A stretch of 36,110 nucleotides of DNA from assembly GCA_913041775.1 (NCBI GenBank), contig CAJWJW010000001.1:1-36110 (forward strand), written 5' to 3'. Source of the DNA: an uncultured Flavobacteriales bacterium (GTDB lineage: Bacteria > Bacteroidota > Bacteroidia > Flavobacteriales > UBA7430). Positions within the stretch are counted from its first letter, which is position 1. The number at the start of each line of letters is the position of its first letter. The position numbers and the translations under genes were made by a program. Under the pieces are notes generated by a model that saw only the letters and a list, made by a program, of their open reading frames with translations, ran no database searches and was not told where the DNA came from. Shown one piece after another: positions 8,818 through 15,966 of the stretch.

Positions 8818-10875
8818 ATGAAAAATAGACCAGTAAGCTTTTTGATCCTTAGTCTTCTATTAATATCCTCATGTATGGAGCACGATCTAACTAGTTTGTC
8901 TTCTGAAATTGATGTAGAATATAATCTTGCTATACCTTTAATACATTCTACAACTAGACTCGGAGATTTGTTGCCAGAGAATGAAAACATGTCTACCGAT
9001 GATGATGGCTTAATTCGGATATCATTTCGTCAGGATAGTATTGCTGAAATTTTAAGTGATAGTTTATTAGTGATAGAAAATCAAGAACCTACACTTGAAG
9101 AATTTACGGTAGGAGAAATTGCTATACCTGCTTTTACTAGTAATGTAACAATCGTTATGGGTGACTTAACGAGTAATTTAGATCCCACTATTTCAAGTCA
9201 AATATCAGAAGCTATAGATTATAGTCAGGATTTTGGTTCTGCTTATTTCCCACCAATAGAAGAGCAGTCTGGGGGTGTTTATAATGCCCAAGGTTCCGAT
9301 CAATTTCATTCTGTTTTTATTTCAGAAGGACAATTAAGTATTACCATTACAAACAATTTAGCTATCGATTTAAGTGTTCTTAATTTAAGACTTCGCAATA
9401 CTATAGACAACTCAGTAGTTGGCTTGTTTGAATTTTCAAATGTACAATCAGGTTCTGTTTCATCATCAATCGTTACTTTAGATGGAGTAAGTTTGTACAG
9501 TGATTTAAGTATGGAAATACTTGATTTAGCCTCCCCAGGAACAGGGACTAATCCACTAGATCAATCTCAATGGGTTCCTATTTCTAATTCTGATGAATTA
9601 GAACTTGTTATTGAAGGTGAAGGCTTAGTCGCTACTGAAGGTATGGTAAAGTTTCCTGCACAATCTGGACCCGATAGCACTTTTGTTGTTGATATGGATT
9701 TTGATGATGATGTTGAAATAGATTTTATAGAAATCGCTGCTGGACAATTTGTTTATTCTTTTAATTCAGACTTAAATACAACGCTAGAATTAACTTTAGA
9801 AATACCACAATTGGTAGATGAGAATAATAATTCATTTATTGAACTCATACAAATCGTAAACTCTGGTTTAGTTACAAATTCAGTTTCTTTAGAAAATTAT
9901 ACATTCGATTTTTCTAATTCTCTAAATCAATTACAAGTAATTTATAGTTCTCAGATATTAGCGAGTCAGAATTATGTCTCGTATGATGAAACAAATGAAA
10001 TTTCATTGACAATTGGGATGGAGGATTTAGAGTTCAATTTAATACAAGGTTACTTTGGGCAGTTAGAGGAAATAATAGCTGAAGAAGTACTCGATTTAGA
10101 CTTAAGTGTTTTGGCCGATATTTCTTCAGGAATTATTTTAGAATCTCCAAAATTGATTTTTTCTGCAGATAACTCAATCGGTATTCCATTTGAAATAGAT
10201 CTAGCACTAGTTGGAGAGAATGGTACCGGGCTAATAAACCTAGCTGGCCCTTTGCTTGAAATTGCCTCAGATCAAATGAGTCAAACTACTTTCGACAACA
10301 CAAACTCTCAATTGCCAGAATTGATTGCTTTAAATCCAACGGCTATAACTTACAGCGGGAGTGTAATATCTAACCCTATTGGCAACACAGGCTTACCTAA
10401 TATTTTAAGGCCAAATACAAGTATAGTATTAGGTTTCGAAATGGACTTACCACTTCATTTACGTATCCAGGACGCTCTTACTAAAGATACACTCGATTTA
10501 TCGTTTGACTTTGATAGTCCTGCAGATAAGATAGAATCTGTTAAAATGAAATTACGTACGCAAAATGAATTCCCACTAGATGTAGGCTTAAGTATGTTTT
10601 TTGAAGATTCTATTAGTGGTGCGATACTAGATTCTTTAACTATAGATTTACTAGAGGCCGCTCCAGTAGATGAGAATGGGAGAACAATTGAGGCTATAAT
10701 TTACAAAAGTAATATTGTGATTAATGCCGACCAGTTTGAAGCTCTACTAAATTCTAATAGAACTATTCTAGATATTCGAATGAATTCTTACAATAGTGAA
10801 AACACAGCCATTAAGTTATATACCGACTATGAGTTTATTATTGATGCTGGGATTATTGTTGAATTAAAAATGTAA
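8818..10875 (+). CDS. Large acidic lipoprotein of unknown function
   Basis: 685 aa. Signal peptide with lipobox LLISSC. D/E/S/N/I/L-rich and beta-rich looking, with almost no Cys after the lipobox. I recognise no family motif. Confidence 0.75.
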   Translation: MKNRPVSFLILSLLLISSCMEHDLTSLSSEIDVEYNLAIPLIHSTTRLGDLLPENENMSTDDDGLIRISFRQDSIAEILSDSLLVIENQEPTLEEFTVGEIAIPAFTSNVTIVMGDLTSNLDPTISSQISEAIDYSQDFGSAYFPPIEEQSGGVYNAQGSDQFHSVFISEGQLSITITNNLAIDLSVLNLRLRNTIDNSVVGLFEFSNVQSGSVSSSIVTLDGVSLYSDLSMEILDLASPGTGTNPLDQSQWVPISNSDELELVIEGEGLVATEGMVKFPAQSGPDSTFVVDMDFDDDVEIDFIEIAAGQFVYSFNSDLNTTLELTLEIPQLVDENNNSFIELIQIVNSGLVTNSVSLENYTFDFSNSLNQLQVIYSSQILASQNYVSYDETNEISLTIGMEDLEFNLIQGYFGQLEEIIAEEVLDLDLSVLADISSGIILESPKLIFSADNSIGIPFEIDLALVGENGTGLINLAGPLLEIASDQMSQTTFDNTNSQLPELIALNPTAITYSGSVISNPIGNTGLPNILRPNTSIVLGFEMDLPLHLRIQDALTKDTLDLSFDFDSPADKIESVKMKLRTQNEFPLDVGLSMFFEDSISGAILDSLTIDLLEAAPVDENGRTIEAIIYKSNIVINADQFEALLNSNRTILDIRMNSYNSENTAIKLYTDYEFIIDAGIIVELKM

Positions 10876-10877
10876 GA

Positions 10878-12209
10878 ATGATGCGGAATTTTATACTACT
10901 ACTTATTGCAGTTATAGTCAGTTTTAATACTCTGGCTCAAAATAGCTCAGCCAGCTATCACTCACAATCTTTTGTTCTTCAGTCAAGTGCAAATTCCTCC
11001 GTTTTCCCCGAGGCTAATATTGTACTTGGTTTGCCTGCATTTTCAAATGTTAATTTGGGTATGCAGTGGCCCCTTAGCCTAAACGACTTTCTTCAAAAAC
11101 AGACGGATGATTCTCTTCATTTTAACTTGCCTTTGTTGAGGTCTAATTTGAAAAAAGAAAATATTTTGAATTCGAGTTTTAGAAATCAATTATTTTATTT
11201 TGGAATTAAAGTAGGAAAAAAGAAAAATGTATTCGTTTATATTGGCGATGAATTAGTTGTTGATGCTGGAATGCAATTCTCTAATAAATTAGTAGATTAT
11301 TTAACCCAAGGGAATGCAAATTTCATCAATCAACGTATGGTGTTTGATTCACAAATAATTGAATTCACCGCTTATAATAGTTTGTATTTAGGAACTGCAA
11401 TAAAAGTAAATAAAAAGCTTGAAATTGGCGCACGTATTAAAATACTCCGAGGTATTGCCAATGTTCATACCCAAAAACTCAAGTTTAGTGCTTTTACTGA
11501 TTCTACATCGAGCCCAATATTTTCTACCGAGCTAAGCTCTGATATTCTTATCCTAACATCGGGTAGGGGTGCAGCCGATAAATCATTACTATTCGACCCG
11601 AAGCTAAATAAAGGTTTTGCTATTGACCTTGGTGCTTCATATGTTTTTACCGATCAATTTACTGCCAGTATTGCACTCAATGATATTGGGTCGATAAATT
11701 GGGATAAGTCAAATACCACTCTCTTTACTACTAATGGGGAAAAAGAATTTGAAATTGTAGGACTTAGTCAGTCTAGTGCTGGCGGAGAAGACTTGTTAGC
11801 CCAAATAGAAACCCTGTCGGATTCATTGCTACTGACACTTCAGCCTGCAGAAGCTCTTGGAGCCTACTCAACAAAATTAAATCCAAAATTCTTTTTAGGA
11901 CTCTCCTATTCAATAACTAGTAAACATAGCTTTTCTGCATTGTATAATTGGAGGAGGAACTTAAGTAAAGGTGCTAGTGCAATAAGTTTAGGGTATCAAT
12001 TCCAGTTGGTAAATTCCTTAGAACTTCTTACTTCTTTAAGCAGATTCTCTAAAAACACATCTTTAGCTGCAGGTTTCGTTTGGAGTCCAGGACCTGTGCA
12101 ATTAAATGTTTTAGTCGATAATATAATGTTTGTAGATTTATTTAATGCTAAGAGTTTGTTTCTTCAGTTTGGTCTAAGCTTTCAGCTGGGAAAATCACAA
12201 ATGCAGTAA
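10878..12209 (+). CDS. Putative outer-membrane beta-barrel protein of unknown family
   Basis: 443 aa. Signal peptide ending TLAQ. Alternating hydrophobic/polar strands throughout (e.g. GFAIDLGASYVF, LSLGYQFQL, LAAGFVWS, LFLQFGLSFQLG). The start is 2 nt after the stop of the preceding gene. Confidence 0.65.
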   Translation: MMRNFILLLIAVIVSFNTLAQNSSASYHSQSFVLQSSANSSVFPEANIVLGLPAFSNVNLGMQWPLSLNDFLQKQTDDSLHFNLPLLRSNLKKENILNSSFRNQLFYFGIKVGKKKNVFVYIGDELVVDAGMQFSNKLVDYLTQGNANFINQRMVFDSQIIEFTAYNSLYLGTAIKVNKKLEIGARIKILRGIANVHTQKLKFSAFTDSTSSPIFSTELSSDILILTSGRGAADKSLLFDPKLNKGFAIDLGASYVFTDQFTASIALNDIGSINWDKSNTTLFTTNGEKEFEIVGLSQSSAGGEDLLAQIETLSDSLLLTLQPAEALGAYSTKLNPKFFLGLSYSITSKHSFSALYNWRRNLSKGASAISLGYQFQLVNSLELLTSLSRFSKNTSLAAGFVWSPGPVQLNVLVDNIMFVDLFNAKSLFLQFGLSFQLGKSQMQ

Positions 12210-12322
12210 AAAACAATATTCATTCAATTTATTGTTTTATAATGCCTCTTTTCTTTTGGTTAATACTTGAGATAACTAAATTTATAATAGCTTCGAAAGT
12301 AGATTATTACATCAAATTTTAT

Positions 12323-12330
12323 TAAGTTTG
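12323..12330 (+). promoter_or_regulatory. Candidate -7 box TAagTTTG for paralog 1
   Basis: Exact TAnnTTTG, 51 nt upstream of ATG 12382. Confidence 0.4.
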
Positions 12331-12360
12331 GAGTCTGGTGAAGTTTAAGACATCAGTATT

Positions 12361-12378
12361 TTAACTAAATCCCCCCCC
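12361..12378 (+). promoter_or_regulatory. Conserved leader motif TTAACTAAATCCCCC, extended here to a C8 homopolymer, directly upstream of the paralog 1 start codon
   Basis: The same 15-mer occurs at 18887-18901 upstream of paralog 3. C8 tract at 12371-12378. Confidence 0.35.
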
Positions 12379-12381
12379 TCG

Positions 12382-15300
12382 ATGAAAAAGTTACTACTAT
12401 CTTTTTGTGTTGTTATGTTTAATTTCAACGCTTTTTCACAATGTGAAATCCCACAATTTTTTACTGGAAATACAGGCTCTAATATGACTGTGATGCTTAC
12501 TCCAGACTTTATTAACTCTCTTGCCTTTATTTCTGAAGATGCATATATTGTTGCAGTTACTCCAGAAGGTATGGTTGTTGGTTCTAAAGCTATCTTTGGT
12601 TTGCCTCAGACTTCTTTAGCAGTTTGGGGAGATGATTCTTCTACTACTGAGCTCGATGGAGCTCCTTCTGGTGTTGAAATCAGTTTACAATTAATCGATG
12701 GTGGCAATTTATATGATTTATCAATCCCTAGTGCCATAATTTATTCTACTGGTGGTATGGTTGTGCAAAGTTCTCCTGTTACTGCAGACTTATGTGGTGG
12801 GGATGTTCTTGGCGGAGATTGTGTATATCCAGGTATCTATTCTGGGAATACTGGAAATAACATGACTCTTATGTTAACTCCAGGCTTTATCTCTGCTCTT
12901 TTGATTACAGATGAGTCGGCTTACATTTCAGTTTCATCTAACGGTATGTTAGTTGGTTCTGTTGGTGTTTTCGGTCTTTCTCAAACATCCTTAGCTGTAT
13001 GGGGAGACGATTCTTCTACTCCTGAAACTGATGGTGCTGTACTAGGCGTAAATGTGGTAATGGAATTAGTCGACGGCTCAAACATCTATTTATTGAACAC
13101 TGAAGATGTTGGATACGTTGTGAATGGTACTCAAATTTTATCTTCTTTAAACTCACAAGTTCTTACTTGTGGCTTAATAGATATTGAAGGTTGTATGGAA
13201 GAATGGGCTGAAAACTTCAATCCAAGCGCAAATGTTTCTGATGAATCTTGTTTCTTAACAGGTTGTATGGATTCAGAAGCTAATAACTATATTGAACTTG
13301 CAAACACTGCAAGCGAATGTGAATATTTAGGATGTACAAATTCTAATGCTTGTAATTTTGATGCGCAGGCAAATAACGATGATGATTCTTGTTTCTTTAA
13401 TGAAGTTGGATACGATTGTGACGGTGTTTGTTTGGTCGATTCTGATGCCGATGGTGTTTGTGATGGTTTTGAAGTTTTAGGTTGTATAGATAATACTGCC
13501 TGTAACTATAATGAATTGGCAACTGATGCTGGTTTTTGTACTTACCCTTCAGAAGAATGGTTAAACTGTGAAGAACAGTGTAATAACGATTTAGATAACG
13601 ATGGTGTGTGTGATGAGTTTGAAGTTGAAGGTTGTATTGACCCAACAGCATTTAATTACAATTCAAATGCAACTAACGATGACGGTTCTTGTATTGCTAT
13701 ATCTTTAGGATGTACTAATGTAAACGCCACTAACTTTAATGCTTCTGCTAATACTGATAATGGATCGTGTTTAGTTGAAGGTTGTACAGATGCTTCCGCT
13801 TTTAACTTTAATGCAGATGCAAATATAAACGACGGATCTTGTGAGGCTGTAATTGAAGGTTGTACAGATGTTGATGCTGCAAACTATGATGAGTCTGCAA
13901 ATATTGACAACGGTACATGTGAAGATGTTTCTTACGGTTGTATAGATGCTAACGCTTTAAATTACGATTCAAGTGCCAACACCAACGATGACTCATGTGA
14001 ATACCTTTCGTTTTCTGGTAACTGGCCTTCTTCTGCAGACGGTATTACAAATACAGGGAATAACTCTACAATTGGTGTTTCTGCTGATTTAGATCTTGAA
14101 GATGGTGACTACTTAGGTGCTTTCTACGAATCTAATGGAGAGTTAGTTTGTGGTGGTTTATTAGTTTGGGATACTGATGCTGTAAATCAATTAATTGTTG
14201 TTTGGGGTAATGACGCAAACAGTGAAATTAAAGATGGTTTTGATTCTGGCGAACAAATTGTTTGGAAATCTAGAGATATATCCGCAGACGTAGATGCTAG
14301 TTTATATCCTATTTATTCTTTAGGATCTAATACTTATATGGTAAACGCTGCATATATTATTACAGGTTGGATTATAGATCCTGAATATGGTTGTATGGAT
14401 GCTGCTTATTTAGAGTTTAGTTCTTCTGCTTTAGTTTCAGATGGTTCTTGTTCTATATTTTGGAGTTCTTTATATGCTCTGCAAGCCGATGAATTAGCTG
14501 CTGCAAATGTTGTTATTGATGAGTTGAGTACAGACTTGTTAAATATTAACAATACTTTAAATATGACGATTCTTTCTATGCAATCAGACTTCGATAATAT
14601 GGTGTTAGATTACCAAGGACAGTTGTTTGTTTTAGAAAGTACATTAACTGACTCGTTAAATGATGTACATGCATCTTATATTGCAGACATTACTTCTCTT
14701 AACAGCTCTTGGGATATTGAAGTTGCTGGTTTAGAAAATGACCTTGTTGTATTAAATCAAGGTCTAGTAGATTCTATATCTTCTTATGAAACTCAAATAG
14801 CTAACTTAACTTCATTAATGAATTCTGATGTTGCTGATTTAGAAGCGGCTATTCTTTCTCTTCAGTCTGATAGTTTAGGTTTAGAGAATTTGTTAGCTAG
14901 CACGATTTTAGATTATGATTCTCAAATTGCAACTCTTAATGCTTCATGGGATTCTGAGGTTGCTGGTCTTAATGCAGATATAGATGGTTTAAATACTGAC
15001 TTAGCAAATACAATTTCAAGTTACGACACTCAAATTGCTAACTTAATTAGTTCTTACGACACAGAAATTGTAGCAATCAATGCTACACACGACTTAATTG
15101 TTGAAGGACTTAATGCTGATGCAGCTGCCGCTGCTGATGCTGCACTTGATTTGTTAAATCAAACTATTGATAACTACGACTTAGATCTAGAAAATATGGA
15201 GTTTGATTATGAGTCTCAGTTAGCTACTTTAATTGCTAATTACGATAACACAATCGCAATTCTAAATGCTAACGACGCATCAGAAGATGCAGCTTACGAA

Positions 15301-15888
15301 GAGCACGTAGCTAATTTACAATCAGACAGTACTCAATTTGAATTAGAAATTGATTTCTTAATGACGTATAATGAATCTTTAGATACTGATATTGCTAATT
15401 TACAAGCTGAGAATATTGATCTTACTGAAAACTTAACTTATCATTCTACTGCATTGTATGTTGATTTAAATCAGGGATGGAATATGATTGGTTTCCCTTT
15501 ACAAGAGGAGATGGATGCTGCAGCTTCTTTGGAAGTGCTAGGGTCAGATTTACACTTAATCAAAAACAACTTTGCTGCAGTATATTGGCCAGAATTTGGA
15601 TTCAATAGTTTAGGTACTTTAGTTCCTGGACAAGGATATCAAGTTCGTATGTATGAAGCTTACGCAAATTATACTTTCCCTTATATCTCTGGAGAAAGAT
15701 TAGATGTTTACCCTCAAATACCTACTTGGGCAATAGAAATGGAAATCCCTTCTCATCCAAATGATACTCATACCTTGGTGCGAGTAGTGAATATGATGGG
15801 GCAAGAAGTAATACCTGCCGATGTATTCAAAGGTGAAGTATTATTGTATTTATACTCAGATGGTACAGTTGAAAAGACCATCAATTAA
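12382..15888 (+). CDS. Giant modular secreted protein, paralog 1. Order: signal peptide, 2 NTGSNMT modules, 9 Cys-bounded repeats with 2 TSP3-like motifs, a third NTGSNMT-like module, 1 Cys repeat, ~325 aa acidic helical stalk, conserved C-terminal domain
   Basis: 1168 aa uninterrupted ORF. Signal peptide MKKLLLSFCVVMFNFNAFSQ. Modules identified by internal and between-paralog similarity. Has its own promoter box and terminator. Confidence 0.9.
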   Translation: MKKLLLSFCVVMFNFNAFSQCEIPQFFTGNTGSNMTVMLTPDFINSLAFISEDAYIVAVTPEGMVVGSKAIFGLPQTSLAVWGDDSSTTELDGAPSGVEISLQLIDGGNLYDLSIPSAIIYSTGGMVVQSSPVTADLCGGDVLGGDCVYPGIYSGNTGNNMTLMLTPGFISALLITDESAYISVSSNGMLVGSVGVFGLSQTSLAVWGDDSSTPETDGAVLGVNVVMELVDGSNIYLLNTEDVGYVVNGTQILSSLNSQVLTCGLIDIEGCMEEWAENFNPSANVSDESCFLTGCMDSEANNYIELANTASECEYLGCTNSNACNFDAQANNDDDSCFFNEVGYDCDGVCLVDSDADGVCDGFEVLGCIDNTACNYNELATDAGFCTYPSEEWLNCEEQCNNDLDNDGVCDEFEVEGCIDPTAFNYNSNATNDDGSCIAISLGCTNVNATNFNASANTDNGSCLVEGCTDASAFNFNADANINDGSCEAVIEGCTDVDAANYDESANIDNGTCEDVSYGCIDANALNYDSSANTNDDSCEYLSFSGNWPSSADGITNTGNNSTIGVSADLDLEDGDYLGAFYESNGELVCGGLLVWDTDAVNQLIVVWGNDANSEIKDGFDSGEQIVWKSRDISADVDASLYPIYSLGSNTYMVNAAYIITGWIIDPEYGCMDAAYLEFSSSALVSDGSCSIFWSSLYALQADELAAANVVIDELSTDLLNINNTLNMTILSMQSDFDNMVLDYQGQLFVLESTLTDSLNDVHASYIADITSLNSSWDIEVAGLENDLVVLNQGLVDSISSYETQIANLTSLMNSDVADLEAAILSLQSDSLGLENLLASTILDYDSQIATLNASWDSEVAGLNADIDGLNTDLANTISSYDTQIANLISSYDTEIVAINATHDLIVEGLNADAAAAADAALDLLNQTIDNYDLDLENMEFDYESQLATLIANYDNTIAILNANDASEDAAYEEHVANLQSDSTQFELEIDFLMTYNESLDTDIANLQAENIDLTENLTYHSTALYVDLNQGWNMIGFPLQEEMDAAASLEVLGSDLHLIKNNFAAVYWPEFGFNSLGTLVPGQGYQVRMYEAYANYTFPYISGERLDVYPQIPTWAIEMEIPSHPNDTHTLVRVVNMMGQEVIPADVFKGEVLLYLYSDGTVEKTIN
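13189..14004 (+). repeat. Array of ~21-23 aa Cys-bounded coding repeats (GC[TIM]D..A.N[YF]...AN.[DN][DN]GSC) with two DxDxDGVCD.FEV inserts
   Basis: Nine copies read directly from the translation (aa 270-541 of paralog 1). Diverged at the nucleotide level. Confidence 0.85.
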
Positions 15889-15903
15889 TGGCATAAAAAT
15901 TGT

Positions 15904-15939
15904 AAAAAAAAATGGAGGCTAAACGCTTCCATTTTTTTT
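15904..15939 (+). terminator. Rho-independent terminator after paralog 1
   Basis: An A-run, then an 8-bp stem atggaggc / gcttccat (one G-U pair) with loop taaac, then T8. Confidence 0.75.
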
Positions 15940-15966
15940 CTTTATTAATAACTTAATAACTTGTTT

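Noticed and set aside
10878-12209. Calling the 443-aa barrel PorP/SprF, PorV or a SusC-type TonB-dependent transporter.
   Set aside because: Its size and N-terminal sequence do not fit what I remember of those families: no NPA-type PorP/SprF opening, no PorV-like TAVPFL region, no plug or TonB box. It is left as an unknown family.
12210-12238. AT-only hairpin aaaacaata/tattgtttt after the beta-barrel gene, as a terminator.
   Set aside because: The stem is a 9-bp pure A-T duplex with an 11-nt loop. Its predicted stability is too low for a confident terminator call.
13397-13651. Antisense ORFs inside the giant genes: 13397-13651, 16952-17236, 17936-18148, 18379-18570, 22137-22340 and 22559-22768, all on the minus strand.
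   Set aside because: They are His/Leu/Asn-rich, low-complexity mirror images of the GAT/GGT/TGT-rich repeat codons on the sense strand. They lie wholly inside long, well-supported ORFs and have no start context or homology features.
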